Shown: in pieces, positions 9,930 through 22,919 of the stretch
Numbering within the stretch: position 1 is the stretch's first letter
How the letters are laid out: each line of letters opens with the position of its first letter
From: Callorhinchus milii
Lineage: Eukaryota
Assembly (NCBI RefSeq): GCF_018977255.1
Contig: NW_024704742.1
Location: 78,990,001-79,054,000, forward strand
Reading direction: 5' to 3'
Length of the DNA: 64,000 bases
Made by a program: the position numbers and the translations under genes
The notes under the pieces: generated by a model
What the model was told of the DNA's origin: nothing
The model's input: the letters and a program-made list of their open reading frames with translations, nothing else
The model's database searches: none

Positions 9930-11605
9930 TTGAATGCCAACGTTTGTGCCAATGTACTCACCGTTGATTATCCAGCAGCAGACACACTGACTGCCCCACC
10001 CCCGATTATTACCACAAAACTCACCGACCTCAGACCCTGGGAAAAACTTCTCCTCCCTCATCCACATTCCCACTATCCCTGTCAATCCTCACCTCTTGCT
10101 GCTCATCTCGCACATTCCTTTGTTAACTGTTCTCTTCATATCGCCCTACAAAATGTCTGCTCCCATTCCAACAAAGCCCTCACCTTCAATGACCTCATTG
10201 TTAATAGAAACATTGATAACCTGGCCCTCACAGAAACCTGGATCACCCCAGGCAACACTTCCCCCTGACTGAGGCCACACCACCTGGCTATACCTTCCTT
10301 CATACCTCACAACATATCTGCCATGGTGGTAGTGTGGCTCATCTCCAAGTCCTCACTTATCCTATCCCCCTACTCCTCTAGTTCCTTCCCCTCCTTCGAG
10401 CACCTTACCCTCTACCATCCATCCAATCTTTCCCTCAAAATTATCCTTGTTTATCATGTTGTTGTTGTTGTCGTCCCCAAACTCTCCCCCACCTTCATCT
10501 CTGACATCTCCACCCTCCTAGTTTCCCTCTGCCTCTGTTCTGAGTGCCTCCTCACCCTTGGCGATATCAACCAGCCCTTCATCCCCTCTTGCTCTATCTC
10601 CATTGACTTCTCCTCCCTCCTCTTCTCTCACAACCTCTCCCTCCATATCTACTCTGGTAGCCATGTCTATGGCCACCCACTTGATCTGGTAATTACCCAG
10701 GGCCTCAGCATTTCGAACATCACCATCACTGACAAATAACAATAATAATATAATAATAATCTTTGAATTTGATATAGCGCTTTTCACGTCTTCTATACAT
10801 CTCAAAGCGCTTCACAGAAAATACTCTAAGTTGAATTGACTCCATTTTTGTGGACAAAGCCATTTCGGACAATAACTTAATCTCCCTTAACTCCTCCATT
10901 CCTCTCGCGACCACCCAACCCACTTCCATCTCCTACCACCCTGGAAAAAAAATCTTCCCCCATCCTTCTCTGTTGCCTTGGAGTCATCTGAACTCCTCCC
11001 ACTCTGGGCTTGCTTCCGCAATGACCTATCCTCCTGGTCATTCTCCTCTACAATCTCTACTCTGCCACTCTTGATGCCCTTGCTCCCCTCACTTCCCAAA
11101 CCAACTCCGAGTCAAACAAGTTACCCTAACACACCAGCCACCTCCTCTCCCTCAAGGCACAGGTGCATGCTGCCGAACACATCTAGCTCAAATCTAATTT
11201 AGCGATCCATCGGCAGATCTGACTGGATCATATCAAAGCACCTCTCCATCCTCATCACTGCTAAATCATCCTTCTACTCCAAGATAATCTTGGAAGCCAA
11301 GGACAAGCCCAGGCTGATCTTCTCCAGCACCAACCGAATCCTCCACCCACCCTTTCACACTTCGCCCATCCTCTCCACCAACTCTAATTCCATCCCACAG
11401 TCCCTTCACCTTGCTCCCTCCTTTGCCTCATTCAAAACACATCTTAAGAACCTCGTTTTCAACTGCGCCTTTGGCCACCCTCCTACCTCTACCCTCCCTG
11501 CCCTCCACCCTCCCTGATCCCAATCCCCTGCTCGGGTCCAAATGTGCAGCACCTTGGGATGTCCTCCTGCCATAAAAGGCACTTTACAAATGTAATTTGC
11601 TGTTG
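9930..11605 (+). mobile_element. Internally deleted L2: APE endonuclease region joined to 3'UTR
   Basis: LQNVCSHSNK, LALTETW, LGDIN, GHPLDLVITQGL, ISD motifs; jumps to UTR near 11385 with RT missing. Confidence 0.85.
10737..10852 (-). mobile_element. SINE tail insertion with GACAAA target-site duplication
   Basis: GACAAA at 10731-10736 and 10853-10858 flank the insert, which splits L2 TDK|AISD. Confidence 0.85.
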
Positions 11606-11829
11606 TGAAATAAATATAATTCCTATACTCATCAACTGACCAACAATCATCAATCTATTCAAAAATGTCCTGACAAAATATCTGATGAACAAAACATCTA
11701 TATCCAGCAAAAAGTAGCTATCTTAGGAAGCTTGAGTATATTAAGAAGTGGCAATGTTATTGTTCGGGCTGATCCATCGTTGAAAAACATTCAGAAGTTA
11801 CCTCTACAGAGTAATTTAAACTCCAATAA

Positions 11830-12243
11830 CACAATAATAATTATAATTATTGCATTCGCTATTATACCTTTCTCATCAGTAGGATGACCCAAAGCATTTC
11901 ATAGGATTTATTTTAAAGTGCAGTGAAGTGTGTGTTTGTAGACAAACGCAAACACGTACTTTGTGGGTGAAATGTGGCAGCCAATTGAACGCAGCAATGT
12001 CTCATGAGCAGCCAAGAAATGAATGACCAATTTTATTTGAGGGACTGTTGGCCAGGATACTTGGAGAAACTCCCTTCTCTGTTCCAGTAGTGCCCTGGGA
12101 TCTTTATCCTCCACCTGAATAATTCTGCGCAGCATCTCATCCAAAGGATGGAACCTCCAACAATGCACCCCCCCATCCACAGAACTGCATTTGTGTGTTA
12201 GCTAAAGGAGTTCAAAGTCCCAACGTGAGCCAGATTGACACAC
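11830..12243 (-). mobile_element. DeuSINE, decayed
   Basis: TTGGCCAGGATAC..GTGCCCTGGGATCTTT..CATCTCATCCAAAGGA. Confidence 0.7.
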
Positions 12244-12464
12244 TCACAATCTCTGATGTATCTGGTTTTGGAGGAATGGCTACGTCAGACACAAGTGATA
12301 TCTGATGCAAGACTACAAACTTGTTTTTAACTTGGAAAACACAGTGAAAGCTGCTCCTTTACACTTTTGAAGGGTGATTACCAGCAAAGACTATAACTTT
12401 TCCAAATGTCTGTTAGAAATTTTCAGTGCTTACCTTTTCATTTTGTCAAGACCATTTAATTGAT

Positions 12465-12672
12465 GTTCAACATCTCAAGACCCTTCTCTTCTCTTCTCTT
12501 CTTTTCGACTGTGCCTTTGGTCTCCCTCCCTCCCACCTCTCTGCCTTCCCTCACCCCTACACCATCCCTCCCCATGCTCGGGCCCCGACACCTGACTGTT
12601 CAGCACTTTGGGATGTCCTCCCAACGCGAAAGGCGCTCTATAAATGTAATTTTGTTGTTGTTGTTATTGTTT
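12465..12672 (+). mobile_element. L2 3'UTR/tail
   Basis: CTTTTCGACTGTGCCTTTGG, stem-loop, (GTT)n. Confidence 0.8.
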
Positions 12673-13269
12673 TGTAGAAGGGGTATGGTTTCAGGCAGGC
12701 CTTAAAGACAGAAAGTGTAGAATGGTAGAGGGAGGAACTCCAGAGGTTAGGAATATAGGAACTGAGGGCTCAACCACTTGAGGCACTGAGACAAATGGCA
12801 TCACTTGTTCCACACATGAAATAGGTTATTTTTCCGCAGTTCTTAATGTCACTGGAGTAAATCTATACTGGTGTCTTAATAGCTTTGTTATCTCAATATT
12901 ATGGTTTTCTTTAGTATCACAGTGCATAAAGTGACAATATACAGAATAAAGGGCTCCACTCAGTTGACATTCGGTTTCCTAACTTATTATTTCCTAAATA
13001 ATAAAAAAAAATTCACTGTTCAAGTGCAATCTCTGCCCTCTGCAGTCTGACACAGCTTGCTTTGTGTGGAAACAAAACGTTAAGTGCTTTGTGTGGATAC
13101 TACCCCATTTGAAGGGCGCTATATAAATGCAAGTTGTTATTGTAAGACGGCTGCTCGTGGCATCACTTAAACCCAGTAAAAAAAAGGTTTCATTCTTCAT
13201 AAGTGCTTTTTTTCAAGTGAAACAATGTGTAAAATAGTGTTGTGTCCATGTTTTTTGTTCAAATGGTCC

Positions 13270-13680
13270 ATCAGAACATCTTTAATAGAATGGGCAGAAA
13301 GATGGTGGAAATGCTCTCATTCATGCCATGCTACTAATAAGCAGTTTTAGGTACCAAGTGAGGGCTCAAACCTGTGATGGCAGACCAGCCCGCTGCTTCA
13401 TTGGTAGTTGTTAGGGGAAGCACACCACTCACTGGGAACAAGAATTCTTCCCACTTGGCTCCTGATAACCCTGCAATACAAAGTTCAAACCTGGAGCATG
13501 GTCCTTGTTGGACAAGCAGCAGGAAGCTTACCAATGCTCTTCAATAGTAAGCTGTGTGGTGTTAGTTGGTTAACTTCCATTTTGGGGTCTTGAAGTCTTG
13601 GCTCTTGCCAACCTACATCTAAAATTCTGTGAAATTAAGTAAACAGGGTATATCCTCCAGGGAGAGTGACAACTCCTTAC
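13270..13680 (+). repeat. Unclassified interspersed repeat (family X), fragment
   Basis: Aligns with 58020-58480 (GAGGGCTCAAACCTGTG, TTGGCTCTTGCCAACCT, GGAGAGTG). Confidence 0.65.
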
Positions 13681-13756
13681 TAATGAAACAGGAACAACAC
13701 ATGTGTGAAATTCTCGATTGTTTGATAGGTTGACCCTATCATCCCCATCAGTCAGA

Positions 13757-14725
13757 GGAGTTCAAGATCCTGGTTCTTCAAAGCCCTCCATGGCCTTGCT
13801 CCTCCGAACCTCTGTGACCTCTTAACCCCCTACCAACCTGTCCACTCCCTCCGCTCAGCAGGATCCGGCCTGCTTTACGTCTCTCGCCTTCCCCGCCCCA
13901 CCATTGGCAGGCGGGCCTTCAGCCTCTCTGCCCCCACCCTCTGGAGCTAGAGTATTGTGTTCGGTTCTGGGCACCACAATTTAGGAAGAATGTCAAGGCA
14001 TTGGAGAGAGCGCAAAGGAAATTTCCCAGGATGGTAACAGGAATGAGGGACTTCAGTTATCAGGAGAGGCTAGAGAAGCTAGGATTATCCTCTTTGGAGC
14101 AGAGAAGGTTAAGCGGAGACTTAATAGAAGTTTTCAAAATTATGAGGGGATTCTATAGGGTGAACAAGGAGAAACTATTTCTACTGGTGGGTGGATCGGT
14201 AACCCGAGGACACTGATTTGAAATAGTTGTTAAAAGAAACAGAGGGGAGGTAAGAAGAATTTTTTTCACACAGTGAGTTGTTCAGATCTGGAATGCGTTG
14301 CTTGAAAGGGTAGTGGAAGCCGATTCGATAACAACTTTTAAGAGAGAAGTAGATAATTATTTGTGGAGGACAAGTTTGCAGGATTATGGGGAGAGAGCGG
14401 GGGAGTGGGATTGATTTGGATAGCTCTTTTCAAAGAGCCGGCACAGACACGATGGGCCGAATGGCCTCCTTCTGTGCTGTGTAATTCTATGATTCTATGA
14501 CTCCATTCCACAGTCCCTCGCCCGTTCCTTGCCTCCTTCAAGACCCTTCTTAAGACCCTCCTCTTCGACTGTGCCTTCGCCAACCATTCCCCTACCCTCT
14601 CTGCCCTCCACACCTCTTGATCCCAACTATTAGCTCAGGTGCAGATCCCTGACTGTCCAGCACCTTGGGACATCCTCCTGACGTGAAAGGCGCTATACAG
14701 ATGTAATTTGTTGTTGCTGTTGTTT
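13757..14725 (+). mobile_element. L2 3' fragment interrupted by a CR1 insertion
   Basis: L2 runs to ..CTCTGGAGC (~13947) and resumes CTCCATTCCACAGTCCC (14501), ending in (GTT)n. Confidence 0.85.
13948..14500 (+). mobile_element. CR1 LINE 3' end
   Basis: LEYCVRFWAP..ERAQRKFPRMV..YQERLEKLGL..GDLIEVFKIM..TRGH; tail TTCTATGATTCTATGA. Confidence 0.92.
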
Positions 14726-16221
14726 GGTTTAGATACTCTTAAACAAGATGAGGCTTTCTGTGTATGTCAGATACCCAGCTGACCAAATGGAAAACAAACA
14801 TACTGAGGTCTTTGTGGTTTGGCAGTGAATCATTAAAGGTTATTAATAGAGGAAGAAGCTGCAGACAAAATTGTAGAACATTTTTTGGGATGATTGTACA
14901 GTGAAGCAGAATATGAATATGCTTATCAGCAGAACAGCTTTTACTTGACAGACCATTGATGTGCAATTATAGCAGACTGTCCACAATAAAGGAAAATGAA
15001 ATGAGTTAGTGCGCAGGCTTCAACCAATATATGATTTGTTAAGGATTTTCACTGCACAAGTCGTTTATTGAAACAACATCAGGGTATAAAATAAATAAAA
15101 TGGGGGCACCATCATTCAGTTCACGTAAAGAACCTTATCTCCAGCCTATTTTAATTATGTGGCAAAACTCTCAGAAAGCACCATTTTATTTTCTAATGAA
15201 TCTGTTCTTTTTATGATAATTCCTTCTTCCTGAATTCTTAAACAGTATCTTTGATTGACTTAATGGCTGGCTTTATCTTATAATGTAATTGTTAATCCCT
15301 CCGAGCTCATGTTGTTAATCACTTTTTCGCTCCCAGCTAAGAAAACATTAGTGTGGGTTTTTTGAGTGAAAGTAATTAACATTTGCTGCTGAACTCATGC
15401 CTTTCCTTTCTTCTGATTATCCTGAAGGATAATCCATTTCTCCTCCTGTGGGTGATGTTCTGTGGATTTTCTAGGATTCTCCCATTGGTTGCATTGCTGA
15501 CTCTCTCATCTTATTTGTAAGTTACACCCCAGATAAAATTGGTGCTTCCAACAATCACCCAAATAAAACTGATCATTTGTATCATGGATGTTTGTGGGTC
15601 ATTACTGTATGCAAATTGGCTGGTGTGTTCATCAATCAATACACAGTTACTACGCTTCACAAGAAGTCCTGTGAAATGCTTTGAAACACTTCAATGATGT
15701 GATACAGTGGTACATCGAATGCAAGGATTAAATCAGATCATTGGCGCTATTGTTCTTTCTCCTGCACAGGAACCACAACTGGAAACAAAATATTTGTCAG
15801 AAAAGAGTTGATGTAAAAGCTATTGGCAATAGTAGTGGTTCCGAGCAGGTTCAGACTCTGGCTAATGTCCTCAAAATGGCAGAGGGCAGCCAATGTCTTA
15901 TGTCATCAGCTTGATTATTATGCATTGACTATTTTAGTGAGAGGGATCCCCATTACCACAAACTTGCTCTATAGTACCCTGGGCTGGGGATGTGGGATTC
16001 CATCCCATTTTTAACTGAGGATGGACTCTGCAGCAGTGGCAGCAAAAAGCAAAGAGAAAAATGAACTAATAATAATAATTCCTTGCATCTGAAATAGCGC
16101 CTTTCACATCAGGAGGACTCAAAGTGCCTCACAGGGTTAGGGTTACTGTGATGTCTTGAAGACGTGGTAAGGTACTATACCAAATGCAAGGATTATTATT
16201 ATTACATGGAGTGACTGCATA

Positions 16222-16580
16222 ACATGTATGCGGATAACACCCAACACTATCTCTCTGCCTTCACCTGTGACTTCAGGAACACTGCTGCTCCATGTTCACC
16301 ACCCGTCCCGCCCCACCATCGGCAGTCAGATCTTCAGCCTTTCTGTCCCCACCTATGGAACTCCATCCAAAGTTTCCTTCACCTTGTTCCCTCCCTTGTC
16401 TCCTTCAAGGCGCATCTCCAAACCCTCCTCTTCGACCGAACCTTCAGCCACCCTCCTACACTCCCGGCACTCCACCCTCCCCAACTCCCAGTTCAGTTCC
16501 AAATCTCTGACTGTTCAGTGCCTTGGAACATCCCCCCGACACGAAAGGCACGATACAAATGTAATGTTGTATTGTATTGC
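16222..16580 (+). mobile_element. L2 fragments (YAD-N RT motif joined to 3'UTR)
   Basis: MYADNTQHYL then L2 UTR and terminal stem-loop. Confidence 0.75.
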
Positions 16581-19149
16581 ATTTAAAGGCAAACCCAACA
16601 GTCCAATTGTACACAGCAGTGTCCCACAAAAAAGCAGGAAATGAATGACCAATTTTATTTGAGGGATTGTTGGCCAGAATAATCCATAGCTGTCTTGAAG
16701 CTGCAATGCTTTGCTGGTCACTGGCTGTTTGGTGAAGGTCTCCACACTTTCTGGTGCTCTCAGTCTATCAATGGTCAGATTTGAGTCACTGGTACCAGAG
16801 TTAAGCATCTCTGATAGACAATTTAGAGACTTAGCAATCTTCTGCTTGAAATGGGTTCCAGCTTCTCTGAAGGCACCAGAGTTGCCATGGCAACCCAAAC
16901 CCTGCTCTGTAAGGCCCTTGTGACTGGGTTTTCTTCAAAAGATTTTCAATCTTTATTTAAAGCAGAAGTGAATGGGATGGTGTGCTGCACTGTGGCTGTG
17001 ATGGTGGTTTGGCTGTGCTGTGGCTGGCCTTATTATATTTGAATGACAGGGGGAAAAGATCAGATTCCTTTTCCTGCTGTTATACAGCTGCTCCTGCTGG
17101 AACATAAGTGCAGATGGGACTTCTGGTTAATAATAAGATTGGGTTTGGCTTTGCTGTCGATTGACAACCCACATTTACTAACTGTTAACAACTCATCCTC
17201 TGGGTTCTCAGTGAGGAATGGGCAGAACTCATATTTTTCTTCTTGCTTACTAAAAAAAGACCACTTATGCAAAGTATTTGAAGGCCGTCAGCTCCTTACA
17301 ACGTACAGCTCCTTACAACAAACAACTCAGCCCAACTAATCTGTAATAGTGTGTATATTCCACACCAGGCTCCACCCGAACTCCTCCTGTCCCCTCTCTC
17401 TGGAATTCTCTTTCCAAATTCCTCCACCTCGCATCTTCACTCACACTTTCAAAAACCATCCAAGAACTTACCTCATTGACAATGCCTTCGGTTATTTCCC
17501 TCCCACCCTCCCTGCTCAGGTTCCCACGCCATTTCTATAATATCTGAAATATTTCATGTTACATAAGGTAATATATAAAGGCAAGTTGTTTTTGCTGTAA
17601 TGTCCATTCTTTCTTTGAAACCCCAAAAGCCCTAATTCTTTGTAAGAACATATCTTTGTAATGAGCATCGCCGGTGCCAGCCATAACAAACCTGCAAATA
17701 TTCTCAGAATTACTCCACTCAGCCTGTCAAAGATCTGTTCATAATCTTGCACAATCGGAACTGTGTCCTCGCCAACAATCCTCCAGATAACAATTGGTAA
17801 TTCACTTCATAGCTGTTGTAGGACATTGCTGCAGAGAAATTGGCTGGGAATAATAATAACAATAATCCTTGCATTAGATATAGTGCCTTATCACGTCTTG
17901 AGCTGTTTCAAAGCACTTCACAGAATACATTATAAAGTGAATTCACTGTATATTTTGTGGGCAAAATGCGCACAAAAATCACGTTCGCTTACAAGTACAC
18001 AGTCACTTCACTCATTATTTTAACTTAAATCCAATTACTTTTCATAGGGTCAACTCAATGTTTGGAGCTTTGATTTCTACTTTATTCACAAACTTGGAAA
18101 ATTATCTTGCCATTAGCACTTCTTCAATTAAAATATAGGATTCACACAGAAGATTGTGTGAATTGTGTCGAGTAGATCAATGGATCATTATTCAATGCAA
18201 ACAGATGGAAATGCTCCCCTTTAAGAATTTAATATCCAGTCCAATAGTATGTACGCAATTCATCAAAATTCTTACTGTCTCAGCAATGACATGATAGACA
18301 TCTTCAGGGAGTAACTATGAGTAACTGAACAACTGAAAGGCTCAGACAAAACTGGGTCATTCAAATGAACACTGGGATTAGGAATCTCATAAGAATCCTC
18401 TACGCTGTGCGTAGAATGTAGGTTAGGCGCATACTTACAGGAATGCTGAAACATACAGTAGCTTGATTCAACTACAAAAAGAAATGCAGGGGTGACATTT
18501 GATTCTTAATTCTTCCTTGTGCTAGTTAACATTAGGAATGGGTTAAAATAAGCACTGCTAATGTTACCTGCTGATTAGTAGTAGGTGAGCTTCAAAAACA
18601 AAATAGCTTCTTGTAAGGCTCTCTTGAACAAAACTTGTGAGAGATTCTGAATAAAACATGAGAAATTACTATTATAAAAATGCAAATTATTATTTTTATT
18701 ATTATTATTATGGTGATCAACAACGTGAGACATTATCTTCACGTAAAGAGATGAAAAGCAAGTAATGTGCTGCTCTACCAGATAGAGGTATAATTGAAAT
18801 GATATGCTTGCTCCTCGAACCTCGTCCACTCCACATCATCATCAGTGGTCGAGCTTTCAGCTACTATGTGCCTAATCTCTAGATCTCAGTCCTGCTACTT
18901 TCTCCTAGCATTGTTGCCAATAATCCTCCTTATAATATTTGTCAATAACTTGATGGCTGTCTTTAAGACACTACTCAGTACAAATTATCTGGCGTGTTCA
19001 CCTACAAATGCCAGACACTGCACGTCACAGCAAAAATCCCGTGAAGCACTTTGAGATGCTTTCATCATGTGAGATGGCGCTATATAAATTTTAAGGAACA
19101 TTATTATTATCATTATACCAGTCTGCACAAACCAAATAGTTTCAAATAT

Positions 19150-19288
19150 AAACAAAATGCAAGATACAGCAGATGCTGGAAATCTGAAAACGAAAACAGA
19201 AGTCGCTGGGAACACTCAGCAGGCCAGGCAGCATCTTTGGAGAAAAGAAAGTGAGTCAACGTTTCGGGTCCAGGATCCTTCGTTAGAA
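19150..19288 (-). mobile_element. Penelope-like element terminal fragment with degenerate hammerhead motif
   Basis: GCAGATGCTGGAAATCTGAA..CTCAGCAGGCCAGGCAGCATC..AACGTTTCGGGTC; minus strand CTAACGAAGGATCCTGGACCCGAAACGTT. Confidence 0.7.
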
Positions 19289-19356
19289 ATTGTCCAACCT
19301 AATTTATTGTTATACCCTTGCCAACTACAAACAGAGATCATCAAGTAAATTGCAAA

Positions 19357-20144
19357 GTGTCTGCCTGGCTCAGTTGGTAGCATTCTAGCCGATGAATCAG
19401 AAGGATGTGGGTTCAAGTACTACATTGGGACTTTGAGCTCACATAGTCTAATACAGTAAATTGAGGTCACATAGTCTAATACAGTAAATTAAGGTCACAT
19501 AGTCTAATACGGTAAATTGAGATCCCCTCTGGCTATCCAGGTGGATATTAAAGATTCTACATCATGATTTGAAAATAAGAAGTGAGTTTCTACCAACAAT
19601 CCCTCAAATAAAATTATTCATTCAATTCATGTCTGTTTGTGAAACTTTGCTGTATGCAAATTGTCTGTCTCATTTGCTTAGAGAATACACAGTGACTGCA
19701 CTTCACAATAAAATCTTATGAATTACGTTGAGGCATCCTAATGATGTGAAAGGCACCACAACAACAACAATTTGATTTATATAGCGCAGGGTAGCATCCC
19801 AGAGTGTTGACAGTGGTGGAGCATGACTCAGAGCCGGAAGGAGGGGAAGGTGACCATTAGCATGGTCGAAAAGGAAGGTCTTCAGGTATGACCTGATAAT
19901 TGGAAAGGAAGGGGCAAGGCAGAGGGATAGAGGAAGGGTGTTCAAGAGATTCGGGGTGTAGTGGCTGAAAGCACGGCCACCAATGGTGGAATGGAGGTCA
20001 CAGGGGACATGAAGAAGGCCAGAGCTAGTCGAGCAGAGTCAGCTGGTCGTGGGTTGGAGGGTAAGCAGGCTGGAGAAGTAGGGAGGTGCCAAGACATGAA
20101 CGTAAGCCTTGCACTATATCAAATGCAAGGTGATCTTTATTATT
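19357..20144 (+). mobile_element. DeuSINE with internal 28-bp triplication and an antisense L2 (19757-20105) in its tail
   Basis: Head TGGCTCAGTTGGTAGC..GGGTTCAAGT; tail split AAGGCAC|...|GCACTATATCAAATGCAAGG. Confidence 0.8.
19439..19522. repeat. 3 x 28-bp tandem repeat
   Basis: TCACATAGTCTAATACAGTAAATTGAGG x3 with few mismatches. Confidence 0.95.
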
Positions 20145-20479
20145 AAAGTAGAATGAATACTTTCACTGCAGATGTTAGCGTGAACAATAATTGAAGAGCA
20201 CATTACCTTCAGATTCTAATCTACTTCACTGCTAACGTGGAGCCTGCATTGTCTATTTTATGGCTATAGCATTGCTGTACATGTGTTTTAATTAAAACCA
20301 TGTCACTTAAAGTTCTTGAAGTGTGAAAGGAGAAAAGCTTTTGGTCATGCTGAGCTTACAGTACGCTCCATTGGACTATTTAAAATGTGTGCTGTCATAG
20401 AGCTTGACATCTTATTTAATCTACTGAGGAAAAAGGACAGTCACAACTAAAAAACAACAGAGGGAAGACCTTTGCCTTG

Positions 20480-20760
20480 AATTCGAGGTTCAGTCTCCCT
20501 GTAATGCTGAGTTTACTGTTCTCAACCAGGTTTATTGACTCCAAAAATTGACCTCCATGCTTGGGGTTAGGGAGGGAAGATTAGCCAGGGTTTTTGGTTC
20601 CGATTGTGATGCAGAGTTTCCTGCTACGTTATGCTATGGTTAGGACATGAGCAGGCTTTACTGTGACAACCCTTCTTTGCCCCACAAAGTAGCCTGACAA
20701 TACTCAATGCCGAGGCTTGCGCTTGAATAATGGGCACTTGATTAAGATGCTGGAGAGGAA
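20480..20760 (+). mobile_element. Ancient SINE-like body, family uncertain; related copies ~17045-17225 (+) and ~38820-39200 (-)
   Basis: GGGTTAGGGAGGGAAGATTAGCCAGGG..TAGCCTGACAATACTCA..AATGGGCACTTG; similar to the other two loci by eye. Confidence 0.5.
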
Positions 20761-21277
20761 TCATTAAGCCAATCACCAGTAAACGCCAATGTTGTATTCC
20801 TTAGTTAATCCATTGAAGAACACAAATATTTTAGTTTGGAAAATGGGCCAGTGTAAGTGTCGAGCGAGGTGAAAACTCACATCTAATCATTACTTCAACT
20901 AAGTTAGCCATCAGGACTGACATCCCTCACTACAGCAATGATTACTACTATTGTATTTCCCCTGTTCAGCAGTAACACAAGAGAGTGGCTTCAATGAAAC
21001 ACTTTCAGCAGGGAATAGAGGGAAAGAAATATCTGAGCAGATTTTGAGAATCTTTTGTTTTGTTGGTCAGTATTTTTTTTGTTCAGCAATGGGCCACAAT
21101 AACCTAAACAGTTGATTATATATATTTATATTTCTGGTTTGCAACACTGGATGCTCAACGCTTGATCGTTGGGATCAAAATTGTGATCTTCTTAAAAATA
21201 TTTAATAGCTTTATTTAAGGAATGTTGTTAAAATATTTTGAAACGAAATCCCCCTCCATCCCCGATTTCTAAATCAT

Positions 21278-21550
21278 CAGAACCAGAGGGGAGATGAGGA
21301 GAATTAGTTTTTTTTGCAGCGAGTTGTTACGATGTGGAAAGAACTGCCTGAAAGGGTGGTGGAAACAGATTGAATAATAACTTTCTCAAAAGGGAATTGG
21401 ATAAATTGGATAAAAAACAAAAAAATTGCAAGCCGATGGGGAAACAGTGGGGGATGGGACTAATTGAATAGTTCTTTCAAAGAACCGGAATGGGCACCAT
21501 GGGCCGAATGGCCTCCTTCTGTGCTGCATGATTCCACGATTCTATGATTC
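21278..21550 (+). mobile_element. CR1 3' end
   Basis: ATGGGCCGAATGGCCTCCTTCTGTGCTG and GATTCTATGATTC tail; matches 14240-14500. Confidence 0.85.
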
Positions 21551-22919
21551 ATGGCACGTTGGATGTCTCTAGTTTAGATTTCTGCTTAAAGGGAACCTTT
21601 TTTGATCTTCCTTGGGGGATATTTACCTAATTCCATCTAAATTAGGGCTGTATCCCATAAATAATTGAGGAGAAGCCAGTTGGGGGATGTGAAGATAATC
21701 TCTGTCAATCCAAACTCAAATTGGTGGCTGCCAGAACAATTTGACCAGGTTTGGGCCCCACCAATATTCAAATGTTAAGAGGAGACATCCGAAACTTATC
21801 TTAAAGGTGATCTGTAAACAAAAAGCGAAATATGTTTAAGAATCCTACGATTTTGATATCCGGAAGTGGCGATCCATTTATGACTTGCAATGCCAATTCC
21901 ATCTTTTATTGTCTGGTGAAACATTACGGCTTTAAGGAAAGCGGATTTAGAGCAATTTTTCATTATTTAATAATGTGATAGAAAAGTAACTACAGTATCT
22001 ATGGAAAAAAAAACTGTTGCTATCCATGTGGACTGAACTGTCAGGCACGGAAGCTCCTTAATGCTTCTGTTAAATGAGTGATAATTATATAACCAGGCTT
22101 CGATCATCTCTCATCTCCCCACCCATGATCCCCCACTCAGCTTGGGTGCCCAATCAGCTATGTGAAGTGTTTTGAGATGACCTCCCATCCCGAAAGACAC
22201 TATATAAATTGTATTGTATAATGGAAGTCTCTCATTTCACCTCATTGACAGTTAGCTCTTCATGTCAGATGTCCTACAAATAGAACAAGCTTATATTTAG
22301 CTGCTCTCAGTACTCTCCAACTGGAGAATACACCTGACTATCCTGCTGCAATGATGAGAAACAGTCTTGCAGGCTAAGCCTGTGGAACTCCATGCCTCTT
22401 GCTTTACTTAAATGATGTCCCAGGAAACATTCAGAATAAAATAGCTAAAGTAATAGTGTACAATAGGCTGTAATGAGGACAATTTGTGCCCTTTTCATAC
22501 TGATGGAAACAATGCAAATTGCATCTAATGCTTCAAGAATTTTGAAAGGGAGAAAAATTATTTATTTACCTCTCTCCAAAATTGCTCCCACCAGCACCAA
22601 ATGGCCACACCCATTAGTTAATAGATTTTTAAAATATGGTTCCTATATGTTGTTTAAACATCAAAATGGCATCCAATTGACACACTGTGCAGTTCAAATA
22701 GTACAGTATAACTGCACATTTAATGCTGATTTGAAGTGGTTTTCATTTCAATTGAACTTTAATATAAATGTGCTTTCCTGGAATGCCATTTACGCAAAGG
22801 GAGAGACCCAATTTCTACCTATTCTTTGATTCTTAAATCAATTGCGTGTTACAATTTATCAATGTGCAGAATTGGGTGGACAATTTTAAAATGTAGTCTT
22901 AATTTGGAAGCTGCATTGT

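Noticed and set aside
19439..19522. CRISPR-like array
   Set aside because: Contiguous repeats without spacers, vertebrate context, no cas genes
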